A stretch of DNA of 63,028 bases, counting the filler, from Aduncisulcus paluster (Eukaryota): assembly GCA_024181965.1 (NCBI GenBank). It is 5 parts of 5 records of this genome, joined end to end, with 100 filler letters (N's around TTAATTAATTAA, not from the genome) between each part and the next. Parts side by side here need not be neighbours in the genome. Positions count along the whole stretch, not along the records: positions 21,992 to 35,490 come from BQXS01012749.1; positions 35,591 to 41,449 come from BQXS01012751.1; 3 more parts are not named here. The stretch is one strand, 5' to 3'. Positions 24,650-36,725 of the stretch are shown piece by piece. A program made the translations under genes and the position numbers. The notes under the pieces are model-generated. The model searched no databases and was not told where the DNA came from. It was given only the letters and a program-made list of their open reading frames with translations. Numbering within the stretch: position 1 is the stretch's first letter; every line of letters starts with the position of its first letter.

Positions 24650-27600
24650 TCATCCAAAAATAGATCCTGATTCTGTGGGCAGTGCCTCAAATGTAGAATT
24701 ATCTTGCTGTTTGATATTATGATTTCGTAAGAGATCCACCAACATATTAAAACCTGTTTCCAAAGATACTTCTGGAAATTTTGGCAAGGAATCGTACATA
24801 GCTTTTCTCTCGGCAAGAGTTGTACATCTTGATAATCTTCTAGCGATTAAAATGGGGAGTCGAGCCACTATTGCATCAGATAATTGTAGGATAAACCTTC
24901 GAACTCTCTTTATACGAATGTAATCTTCTTTGGAATAACGAGTAATCACAATATCCCGATCCACAAATCCACTCTTAATCTTGAGGTTCCATCTATTTTT
25001 GAAAGTGGAAGACCTACTCATATCCCTATTGCCAAATATTAAACCCAAAATACTCAAAGGATGTTTGACTTCGTCTGGAAATAGAGATGTAACTTGTTTG
25101 ATGGACAAAATCGGACCATCTGTGGGGTTTGCACTCGGGATCATCATTGTATTGGCAGGTACAAGCAGAACTCCACGAAGACATGGAGGAATAGCAAAGA
25201 GAGAGGAAATGGAAACCATGGTTCGACCCTCGTCGCGTCTGAATACGGGGCGAAGTCTACCCTCACTCTCGGGTAGAGTCTTTATGCGGCTGCAGACAAT
25301 TGGACCTGGACGGTAGAAAGAGGCATGGTCATTAGGATGAGGGCCATGGTACTGGAAATATGGGATCCTTTCCATTCGAAGGCAACGATTTAGGGCAGGA
25401 TGCGCAAGAAAACGGGCTGATCTATGTTTGTACATGAAAATATCAGCAACTTTATCGATAGAAAACTTGACAATTACAGCTCCCTTATTGCCGGGAAGAA
25501 CTTCTTCAACAACGCCCGCTCCACATTCGTGCATGTACCGGACTATATCAAGTCTTTTGTCAACAAGGGTCAGAATAATCGTCCTTTGGTGATCTCTTCT
25601 CCTTACTTTCTCTTCTTCTTCACGAGATTTAATATATTTCCCGTCAGATTGTTTTAGAATGGCCGACATTGTTTGATCTCGTTTCAGTTGATCTGCTTCA
25701 AGATCCATTTGCCATCTTTCTTGTCTTTTTCGAAGCGAAGGTCGTTTCACAATAACATCAGAAGAGGAAGAGGAAGAAGAGGAAGAGGAAGAAGAGGAAG
25801 AGGAAGAGGAAGAGGAGATTGAGTGTTTTTTATCCGCATGTTTAACATGTCCAGAAAGTCGAAGAGATTCCTGTTCACACTGTTTTTCACTTAGACCATC
25901 TATTCCTTCAACAGAATCGGTTAGAAATACTCCACACAGGACTGTCTTGAGGACAAGAGCTCGATTATAAGAGTATTCGTTTGCATGAGGAAGTAATGAT
26001 AAGGTTACAACTCTTTTCGTGGTATCTTCTAGCTCAGAAATAAGAGCTGAATGTCGAGAAAAAAATAATTGGTGAGCGATCTCCTGTTCTTCGGTATCCA
26101 CTGGGCCAATAGATCGGTGGAAAAACTTGGGAGTTTCGTCATTTGATGCTTCCCTTAGTTTAGCCTTTTCTCTTTCCTTCATTTCTTCTCTTCTCTTCTT
26201 CCTCCTCTTCTCTGCTCTCCTTTTATCTCTCTGCCTCCTTTCACTTCTCTCGATATCGATATCTGCAATAGTGCTTGAAGCTGACGGGATATCAATTGTT
26301 TCAATTCCAAACTTATCTTGTCCATTTTGTTTGATTCTTTCCATTCGTCGGGAATCCTGAACTTCTTTTTTCTTCATCAAATTATGCAATCTGTCGTCGG
26401 CTTCCAATTCATACAAAAGATCGAACTGAGGACCAGTCAAAGCAGTTCCATAGTGTTCTTCGATGAGTTCAGAATCCACAGGTTTTGCAGTTAATTCCTC
26501 ACAGTCGGTTAACTTCTCACAATCAGATATAACCATTGGAAATGCTGGAACATCATCGTTCAGCTCTGAAAGGATCTTTAATCGTTCAGACTCATATTTT
26601 TCCTTGAGAATTGAGATCATTCTGTCAAGATGTGCACTCTGATTTGCATTAGGAGAATCTGGAGTAATCTTTGAAGAAGCTAATTTGCGTTGCTTCTCCG
26701 TGAGTACTCGCATCATATTGGTTTGACGATCTGTCCACTCTTTAACGAAATATTCTTTCTTCGCTTTTGTAAAAGGTGCTTCTACTTTCCATTGTTTCTC
26801 AAAATAATCGATTACAGCATCATCAGTAACGGTATCTTCTACTTTCTCAGAGATTTCTCTGGCATATTCCTGCAAAAGCACTGAAGATATGTCAGATTCA
26901 GCAAAAGGAATGGAAAATGGAGAATCTTCCTTCTCTTTCTCTTCTTCTTCTTCTTTCTCTTCTGTATATTTTATCCCATTTGTAGGTATTTTTTCATCAA
27001 GACTTGAACTATCAATCCTTCTTGGAAGAGAAGGAGATGTTTGAAGTTCTTTAATATCATGAGAAAGTGCTGGAATGAAGGAAAATGAAGAAGGAGCTGA
27101 AGATGCAATCCTTTCAAGCTCAGAATGCGACAATTTCTCAGCTTTTCCCAAATTTTTCCCAAATTTTTTCTTCTTCTCTTCTTTCTTCTCTTCTTTCTTC
27201 TCTTTCTCTTCTTTCTTCTCTTGTGACACGCAAGATCCAGATTCTTCAAGTCGTTTCCCACTCTTAATCATCCCATGTATGTCTTCCTTATGCGGTTGCT
27301 TAGATATTCCATATTTTGAGCAATATAATTGAAAGTTTACGACAGAATCATGAACTTCGTGAATATAAAACTGACTTAAAAACCTTGATTCGCACCACAT
27401 ACGTTCATCATCGCTCAAATCCCACTCTGGATCAATTGAGAGCATATGTTCTCGATGCTCTCTCCAAAGACAATAAGCATTTAAGGAAGAAATAATGTCA
27501 GAGGAGGTTCCTTGTGAAAATATCTCGTGAATATCATTACCTCGGCAAACATGTTCCCTTGGCATTTTCACAAGACCATTCGAACATTTTGATATAATGC

Positions 27601-30600
27601 TTACACAGATAATAGCTTCTTCAATAAGTCCAAATACTGTGCCAAACAGTATTAATCTCCCACATTTGATATCTATTGGTATCTCGGAGTAAAAATAACC
27701 AATCATTGTTATTACATAAGATCCAAGATCTGTCTTCTTGATGGCTCCAAAGTTAATCAATAAATCGAGACCAGCATTGACAAGAGTGCTATTCGGTGGT
27801 TCAATAAGATTCTCTAAGGTAGTTTTGAAATTGTTTGATTGTAATTTAACTAATTTTAACAAAATATCCTCAATTGGAGCTCTTCTAACTTCGGGAGGGA
27901 GACTATCTGGCATTAATTGCCACTCTTTTTCGGTGATAATCCTTATACAAATGCCTTCTCCCACCCTTCCCGTTCTCCCTGCGCGTTGAATAGCCATTGC
28001 CTTGCTTCCAATCCTTTCGTCTAATCGTCTGATACGATTCACGTTATCCCACATCATCAATCTCACAAGACAGCTGTCAATTACAAGATCACAGTCAGGT
28101 ATCGTAATAGCTGTCTCGGCAATATTCGTGGCAAGGAGAATCTTTGTAGAACAGCCCGGAAGAATAGGCATAGAAACAGCCTCTTCAAGGTTTGATAAGG
28201 GTTGTGACCCGTGAAGAACACGGATATCAAGACTCGAAACGGTATCTTTATCTTCCGAAGCCCCTGCTTCACCGTTGATATCTTTTGCCACTGTTATTCG
28301 CATTAAAAGTGATCTAATTTCGTTGATCATCCCCAAACCAGGGAGAAACACAAGGATTGAACGGATATCAGGGCTCTTGCTATACAAAACAATTAGTTTG
28401 ACAACTGCATGCTTGCGTTTTTCACACATTCGCACCCGAACACAACCTCCGTGAAGAGTTTCTTCTAAATTCTTCCCGATACGAGCGTGTTTGATCTCAT
28501 TTTCTTTCAGATCATAGGGGGTTATTTCATCGATAGATATCAACTCTTTGATTTTTGGTGGTAGAGAATCGAGATTGTAATGGTGGATTTGGAGAGTAGA
28601 AGGAACATGAATAAGAGGAATCTTAAGCCCTTCTCCTACGATAGATGAGGCTCCTTGGGGTCCATTTGGCTGTGTAAGGTCATATGATGTAAGTGACTCT
28701 ACTTTTCGACGGACAATATCTTTTTCGGAGACAAGAGATTGAGTCGATTTCGATTCGAGATAGGTTTGAATCTCTTCAATTTCTGGATCATCAAATTCCA
28801 ACTCGATAGGTGATTCGAGAAATGGGATATCTTTTGAAAGACATTCAAGACGGGTTTTCTCCCACTTTTCTCTTGCTTGTACAATTCGTAGATATTCGTT
28901 TGACCGCTTTTCTAATTCGTCTAGTTTTTCCTTCCTATCGGCAACCAACTGGTCAAAATGTGCATCTATTCTATTTTGATGTCTGATTTTGGATAGTTCA
29001 GCTCTGGCAGCCAGCTCTTGTGGACTTGCATAGTGTTCACATATTTCTACTACTCCCTTAAAATAATCATAAAAACGTCCGATATTCATCGTGGCACTCA
29101 TAATAATTAGCTTAAAATCGCCAGAAGAGCGTACTTTCATCACTTCTCGAAGGAAAAAGAGAGCGAAATCTGTATCGACGGTTCTTTCGTGAACTTCATC
29201 AAGGATCACAACATCATATCCTCTTAACTCTCGATCGTGCGTTAACATCTCTCTCAACACACCTGTAGTGCAGAAAACAAGGGAAGAAACCTTCGAAAAC
29301 ATATCTCTACCGCCAATCTTGAAACCAACCCCACCTGGAGTGCCCATGGGAACACCCATCTCATGTGACACACGGACAGCAAGCCGAGCTGCAGCGACAC
29401 GGCGAGGAACACAGTGAAGAATACGGGGNNNNNNNNNNNNNNNNNNNNTGTGGACTTGCATAGTGTTCACATATTTCTACTACTCCCTTAAAATAATCAT
29501 AAAAACGTCCGATATTCATCGTGGCACTCATAATAATTAGCTTAAAATCGCCAGAAGAGCGTACTTTCATCACTTCTCGAAGGAAAAAGAGAGCGAAATC
29601 TGTATCGACGGTTCTTTCGTGAACTTCATCAAGGATCACAACATCATATCCTCTTAACTCTCGATCGTGCGTTAACATCTCTCTCAACACACCTGTAGTG
29701 CAGAAAACAAGGGAAGAAACCTTCGAAAACATATCTCTACCGCCAATCTTGAAACCAACACCACCTGGAGTGCCCATGGGAACACCCATCTCATGTGACA
29801 CACGGACAGCAAGCCGAGCTGCAGCGACACGGCGAGGAACACAGTGAAGAATACGGGGACATGCTTTGGCTGAATCGGCTGATTCTACAATATATTGTGG
29901 CACTTGGGTGGATTTCCCCGTGCCAGTTCCTCCAGCGACAAGGACAATAGAATGTTTTTGAAAGGCTTCAATGAATGTTTGACGATATTTATACATTGGA
30001 AGTTGCTGTCGAATTCCGGCTAACTGTGACTTCTGCTTTGCAAATAGATTTTGAGAAAGTTGGATTTCTCTGTCCTTGAGCTCTAGTTCCATTATATCCT
30101 TTTTTGCGGAATCTTTCAAACGTTGGACATTTTCCTCATCAAGTTCTGGAGAAACTGACGGTTTGTGGAAGGAAAGGCGAGATCGAAGAACGGTGGAAGC
30201 TCCATACCGTAAATAAACGCCCTTACTTCCGTAGAAATAGGGATCTGACTTTCCAACGCAAGAATGTACGAAAACAGCCAAAATAAAATGATCTATTTCT
30301 TCATCGTCATGTCTCCACCGCTTCAAACTATGGCAAACATATGAACCTTCCTCGCGGTGCCGTTGAATTATTTCATCAGGAATATTGGTCACTGGATAAA
30401 ACTCAACAGAAACATCGGTGGGCCGAACACTTGGATTAAGTTGTGAAATACGTTGGCCAATTTTAGTCCGAAAGACATCTCTAGCTCCTCTTGAAATGGT
30501 TATTCCTTTCACAATGCCATCATCACTCACACCATATATCAATATCCCACCCTTTCCATTCAGGAATGCGCATACATATCGCTCTATGTTATGCAATACT

Positions 30601-30731
30601 ATTCTTAAGTGTTCTCGTTGACCTATTTTATATTCTATTGTATCTCCCTCTTCATATTCTAATTTTTCTCCATAAACAAAGCTGGAAGGGAGTGTAGGAA
30701 GTTCAGCTGGAGTTCCATGAAGTGAAGCCAT
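24650..30731 (-). CDS. Schlafen AlbA_2 domain fused to a DEAH/RHA-family RNA helicase, ~1883 aa; split by a gap/overlap artefact
   Basis: N-terminus EEGDTIEYK...YVCAFLNGKGGILIYGVSDDGIVKG. Helicase motifs GGTGTGKST, PRRVAA, DEVHER, MSAT, LVFLPG, ATNIAETAITIPD, QRAGRTGRV and an HA2 region. In frame after removing the 430-nt duplicate. Confidence 0.9.
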
Positions 30732-31137
30732 ATCTTCAAATAAATTATAAGTATAAAATGTAGAGTATTAATAAAAACAAAGATTAAAATATTTGGAACC
30801 TTAACACATGAAGAGAAAATAGCTCCAATTGACTCAATCAATCCCTGCTTCAATTATTATTTAGTATGACCTAATTTTTAATGTCTATAAGCGATTTACC
30901 AAACAATTATATCGATCATTATACTCTTTATTAATTAGATCAGCTGATCTCTGGAATTCATGCTATGTCGTTGTCTGGATAATTCTTATGAATTCTAACA
31001 CCAAAAAGTAAGTTTTGAGTGAAATATGAACCATAATTGATCCAATTTTACTTTGTCACTATGGTCGGTATTTTCGATCAGTTTTGTTGTCTTGGGTCAG
31101 TGTTTTCTTCGCCATCTCAACAATACTAAGATAAAAC

Positions 31138-32025
31138 ATGAGTTCAGCTGCTGATAGAGCATTTTTATTTTATAACAAAGCCCAGAAGAAATTGAAAGGT
31201 GTTCTCTTTTTCCGACCCAGTGAAGCTGCTCTGGATGATGCCGCTGAAATGTTTGAAAAATCAGCCAACCTTTTCAAATCTGTTAAGCAATGGCAAAAGG
31301 CTGGTGAATCCTACTTGAGAGTTGCTGAATGTCAACGTAAACTTGGAACTATCCCCTATGTAGTCAAAGCTATGACCAATGCTGGGCATATGTTCAAAAA
31401 AGTTGATTCTGACAAAGCTGTTGAATGTTATAATGGAGCTGTTGCGGCTGCTATGGAAGAAGGACGTCTATTCCAAGCTGGAAAGCTTCAAAAAGAAATT
31501 GCTGAGCTTTATGAGAAGGAAAGGGACATTGAAACTGCCATAAAATTCTATGCTGATGCTGCAGAGACATTTGGTGATGAAGAAAGAGCTGCTAGTGATG
31601 AAAGAAATTGTTTGTTGAAAGTTGCTGAATTCTCTGCTGCTCGTGGAGATTATGATAAATCTGCTGGAATATATGAGTCTGTTGCTTTAAAATGTGTTCC
31701 TAACAGGCTTCTTGTTTGGAGTGCTCGTGAATATTTCTCTCGTTGCTTATTGTGTATTTTAGCTCGTGGTGACACTGTTAAGGCCGATATGAAATTGACT
31801 TTGTTTGAAAGATCTGATGCTACTTTCCCAAGAACTCCGGAACATAAGTTGTGCCAAAGGCTTATTACTGCAATGAATGATAGGGATGAGGGAGAGTTTA
31901 CCAATGCTTTGAGGGAGTATGATTCAATGAAACCTCTTGATACTTGGAGAACAAATTTGTTGGAAGTCATTAAGACACACATTGAAGAGGAAGAAGAAGA
32001 GGAGGAGGAAGATGATGTGTGTTAA
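31138..32025 (+). CDS. NAPA: alpha-SNAP (Sec17)
   Basis: AAEMFEKSANLFK...W..AG, KEIAELYE, CLLKVA, EYDSMKPLDTW and an acidic C-terminus; 295 aa. Confidence 0.95.
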   Translation: MSSAADRAFLFYNKAQKKLKGVLFFRPSEAALDDAAEMFEKSANLFKSVKQWQKAGESYLRVAECQRKLGTIPYVVKAMTNAGHMFKKVDSDKAVECYNGAVAAAMEEGRLFQAGKLQKEIAELYEKERDIETAIKFYADAAETFGDEERAASDERNCLLKVAEFSAARGDYDKSAGIYESVALKCVPNRLLVWSAREYFSRCLLCILARGDTVKADMKLTLFERSDATFPRTPEHKLCQRLITAMNDRDEGEFTNALREYDSMKPLDTWRTNLLEVIKTHIEEEEEEEEEDDVC

Positions 32026-32254
32026 GGATGCAATAGAATAAATAAATAAAAAACTGTCTTTTCTATTTTTGCATCTTATCTTATTTATTATTTTGGATGT
32101 TGATATGGACAGACTATTCTTATTTCCTTCTCTGAGCAAAATATTTGTGTAGCTCGCTATGGCAATAAGCTTCAAATAAAATAAACGAGATTTTAATTCT
32201 TACATACACTTTTTGATAATATTTCTGTCAGCAATTATAATTTTTGATTAAGAA

Positions 32255-33851
32255 ATGGCCAATCAACTCCTCTATTGGAGACCTCGGCGTTTTGGTGCCG
32301 AAATGAGTGATCCTGTCCAATCAACTAGTACTCAGCCAACACAACCAGCTATAATTGATCCTAAGCCTGAAATTGTTGCTGAAATGATATCGACTACCCA
32401 AGTTGGTACGGCTGAATCTAAGAAAGAGGTTGAGGAGAACCCAACAATTCCAGAACAGAAAATAACTATTGAAGCTGAAAAAAAAGTTATTTGATGATGA
32501 TGAAGAAGAAAGTGAGGATCTTGACCAAGTTCAAGAGTTGTACTTCGCTAGAGAGAAATTGGATGAGACTACTACTTTCCGTCTTCTTGATGAGGAAGGT
32601 AAGATTAGTGCTCCTGTCTCCGATGTTGAATGGGCCTCCTTCAAGTTAAAAGAGAGCCTCATCAGAGGTATCAGTGATGTTAAGTATGAAAAGCCATCCT
32701 CTATCCAGGCCCTTGTTATCCCCATCCTTACAGCTGGCGATCACCCCAATCTTGTTGCTCAAAGTATGTCTGGAACTGGTAAGACCGGAGCTTTTGTTCT
32801 GAGTCTTCTCCAACGTGTTGATGAGTCTATCAATGATGTTCAGGTCGTTGTTATGGCCAATACTCGTGAATTGGTTAACCAGATCTACAGTGTCACCAAG
32901 GTCCTTGCCAAATATACAAAAATTAAAGTTCACAAGGGTGTTCCTGGTTTCGAGGTGACTGGTAAGCTCACGAAGCAAGTTTTGATCGCTACTCCCGGAA
33001 CTCTCGACCATTACTTCAAGAAACATTTCATTACTGCCGACCACATGAAGATGTTTATTGTGGATGAAGCCGATGAGTTGTATAAGAACAAAAGGATGGT
33101 AAAGAAAATGTCCAGACTGAGGAAACAATTCCCCACCAATGTTCAGCGTGTGTTGATCTCTGCCACCTTCCCTGATTCTGTTCGTGAGGTTATTTCTAAG
33201 GATCTCCCCGTTTGTAGATCCATTCTTGCCGATGATCCCAAGCGCGTTGTGACCGACTGCGTGAGACATGTTGAGATCCGTGTTGGTCATGAGGCCATGA
33301 AGAAAGAAACTCTTGCTGATATGTACAAACTGGCCACTGTTGCTCAGAGTATCATTTTCTGTAACACTAAGAAGAAGGTTGTTGAAGTCGGAGAGTTCAT
33401 GCGTGGGCGTAGTTTCGACACCACCATTTTTTCTGGAGATCTTGAAGATGCTGACAGAGACAGGGAGATGCTTGCCTTCAGAACTGGAGAGACCAAGGTT
33501 CTGATATCCAGTGATGTTCTCAGTCGTGGAATTGATGTCCCTCAAGTTAACTTGGTTATCAACTACGATATTCCACGTGGATTCGATGAGGACACACCAT
33601 ACACTGAGCTTTATGTCCATAGAGTCGGTCGTTGTGGAAGATTTGGAGAAATGGGGCTTGCCGTCAACATTACTTGCGATGATAATGAACACAAGAGGCT
33701 TGATGACATCAAAAAGACCTTGGGCATCGATATTAAGAAGGTATCTTCAATAGAGGAACTTCTTAAGGCTCTTGGAAGGATGAAAGAAGAGCAGAAAAAG
33801 ATCGTCGACATGTCCAAGACTGCCGATGATGTGGATGATATGTTCAGTTAA
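32255..33851 (+). CDS. DBP5: DEAD-box RNA helicase Dbp5/DDX19, with a +1 frameshift at ~32478-32494
   Basis: Q motif YEKPSSIQ, NLVAQSMSGTGKT, TPG, DEAD, SAT, QSIIFC, RGIDVPQVNLVINYD, YVHRVGRCGRFG. The N-terminus lies in a different frame (ATG 32255 or 32303). Confidence 0.85.
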
Positions 33852-34048
33852 TTTTTGAGTAAATATAAATGACACAAACGTTTTGATGCATTGAATAAAA
33901 GACTAATGCAAATGAATTCACAAATAATTTAATTATTACATGCTTCCTGAAAAAAAACTTTGTTTTCTTGCTGTAGTCAAGACAATTTGTGACATTAGTT
34001 CAAATATTTTTCCTTTAAATACAACATTAAATTGATATTAATATTTTG

Positions 34049-35490
34049 ATGTCTTTTCAAAGTTTGGAAACTGCTTTTTTCAAGAAAAAATTCCCAAAAG
34101 CCTCTCTATTGAGCAAAAATTTTAATTCAGTTCATAATAATGATAAATATGATGATTTGATTAATATTTTTGCTTGGTCATGCCCCCTCCCGTATAATTG
34201 GAGAAGGGTATTTTTCCTTGAGACAGATTCCAGTGGTTCTCAGCATTCTGTTGTATATTATTGTAGAATTAACTCAAATAACGATTTTAAACCTAAGAAA
34301 AAGGTTAAATCTGGTTCGGATTCTTCTCAAAAAATTATTTTAGAGGAGATATCACGTTTCCATCCTATTGTATTATTATATAGACGTTATAAGTATGAAA
34401 TCGAAAAAAATGGCAAATCAATATCTGATTTAGAGAAATATAATCTTATTCAAAGACTTGTACCTTTATTACGCTCATTTTCTGCATTTCAAACTTCGGT
34501 AGATGCCAAGAAAAAAGAAACCAAATCTGGTCCAAAAAAAGATAAAGATGATACTTTCATTCCAATTTCCGTTCCTAATCCTATATTTCTCGGCTCAAAA
34601 TCCTCTATTCAAACCACCCTCTCTGAATATCGTTTTATTCACTCATTATCAACACATATTACTCCACTACCGTTAGAACCATCTCTTTTACTCTCCAGTC
34701 CAACTGTAAAAACGTGTTTTCTTCCAGATTCCCATCTCGAAACTTTATATGCTGTTGATAAGTCAAAATCTATTTTTAGTGATGAGATAGAGACGAACGG
34801 TTGTTGTTTGCATTCATGTTCCCCCGCCCAGGTTGTATTTCATGTATCTAGGGCGAAGGATCCCCGTTCTGTGCGATTCCCTAAGTTTGGGATCAAAGTT
34901 TCCAAAATTGATCTTCCTTTCCCCTCTCTCATCATTTCTACAATGAATAAGATCCTCCCCAATAATCTTCCTGCTCTTTTGTCGACTCGTATTCCAGCCC
35001 ATGTTTCTCTCTCCTCACTGACTCCTATCTGTGAGGCCCTTTTGGCAATGAGAGGTATTAAAATGCTCGATATGAAATCTAACGAGTATTCCGATGATCA
35101 GTGGAAACATTCAATGGCTAAATATAGACTTTCTCAATTCTCAACTTCTTCCACCATTCCCCATTTCCTTTCTTCTCTTGCCTGTTGTGATTGTGAAAAT
35201 TGGTGGGTGAATAAGGATAAAATTATCTGCGAATGGTCATGTGAGGTTGTTATCGAACCATTTGACCTTTGCTCTTACTCTTCTTCCTCTTCTTCTCCTC
35301 CTGTGGTGTGTCCCCATCTAAATCTTATATCCCCTTCTCAACTCCTCGGAATTATCCTTCTTCACCCACTCTGGAGTTGTTCTCACCTTTGTGCTATCAA
35401 ATGTACTCCTAATTATGCGAGTGCTAGGCCTTTCGGAAAGAGTTTTATTGTTTCCGTCACTCTCTTGTTCATTACCCATCAAAAGTCCAT
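34049..35490 (+). CDS. hypothetical protein, 3'-partial
   Basis: ~480-aa ORF running into a contig linker; no motif recognised. Confidence 0.55.
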
Positions 35491-35590
35491 NNNNNNNNNN
35501 NNNNNNNNNNNNNNNNNNNNNNNNNNNNNNNNNNTTAATTAATTAANNNNNNNNNNNNNNNNNNNNNNNNNNNNNNNNNNNNNNNNNNNN
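35491..35590. other. artificial contig linker
   Basis: N44-TTAATTAATTAA-N44. Confidence 0.95.
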
Positions 35591-36124
35591 CTCACAAAAC
35601 ATAACCCTGAGAAGACACAAGGCTCTGAAGGTCCGCACACGTTCATTACATGCTCGTGCGGGCATTTGCACTGCTGTGGGACAGCCCACAAAGGAATGCT
35701 TGGGAATTGTTGTGAGCGGTTCTTCTGGGATGTCGGTCATGACGAATTGACCCCCTTTGAGATTGGGGTCCATGAATGGCGAGATTTGCTTTTCAAGATG
35801 AAGAAGTCGAAAGGATCGTTATCTGCAGACGATGAGAAGAAACGAGTTGCTCTCAATCCATCCACCCTCTCTGACGTGCATGTCGAAGAGGCATGCAGTG
35901 CTCACATCCATTCATGCTGCCGTGGAAGGGATGGGAAGCTATACACATGGGGTTGTGGGAGTGGAGGTCGAATTGGGTTAGAGCAGTATGTCACGGGCAG
36001 GAGTGGGAAGAAGAGCAGGATGAAGTGTTATGTGCACAAACCAACCCCTGTCACTGGGATATGTGGAGTGACAAAGATAGCTTGTTTCAAATATGGGACA
36101 TTGTGTATTGCTGATAAGAAATGA
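35591..36124 (+). CDS. RCC1-repeat protein, 5'-partial
   Basis: ACSAHIHSCCRGRDGKLYTWGCGSGGRIG and VTKIACFKYGTLCI are RCC1 repeat patterns; frame open from the contig edge. Confidence 0.8.
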   Translation, partial: LTKHNPEKTQGSEGPHTFITCSCGHLHCCGTAHKGMLGNCCERFFWDVGHDELTPFEIGVHEWRDLLFKMKKSKGSLSADDEKKRVALNPSTLSDVHVEEACSAHIHSCCRGRDGKLYTWGCGSGGRIGLEQYVTGRSGKKSRMKCYVHKPTPVTGICGVTKIACFKYGTLCIADKK

Positions 36125-36725
36125 TTGGCAGAATGTTTGTTCCAAGGTTAAAATAGCATTTATGCGAGAAAGTGACAGCGAATGCTTGCTTTTGTTCATC
36201 ATAATTTACAGCATTCATCCTTTCCTTCATCTCTTTTCTTATTATTCTCCGTTTAATTTTTTATCCTCTTCATCATGTTCATCGCACCTCGTTCTCCTGA
36301 AAATTTAGTGTTTATTTCTTGTTTTACTTCCCTTTGTTATGTCAAATTGTCACTCCATACCTTTTATATCCTTAAATGGTTTCGTTTTCCGATTCAAGGC
36401 ATTTCCAATGGATGCGGAGGCTCCGAAGGATCTAAAATGTGATATTGTTATATTTCAATTAATTTCCTTTGTCTATTCTTTCAAACACTTTGAAGTTTCT
36501 TCCTTATAATATCGAAGTTTTCTGCTACAAGCAGAGTCGATCATTACTTTAAAATAAAAATGTATTTCCTTATTATCAATATTTTACAACAATTTCAAAG
36601 GATTATCATTTGATTCCCAAAACGCTGTTGTTGGGAAGAAAAAAAAATCACTCTTGCCACTTATTGAAAGAGTCAATAGAAACAGAAATATATAGTCTTT
36701 TATTATACCTTCATCAACAATATAA

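Noticed and set aside
32646..33692. 348-aa antisense ORF
   Set aside because: Shadow of codon-biased DBP5. The same applies to 62647-62952 (tubulin antisense) and the many poly-S/F/K shadow ORFs over Glu tracts.
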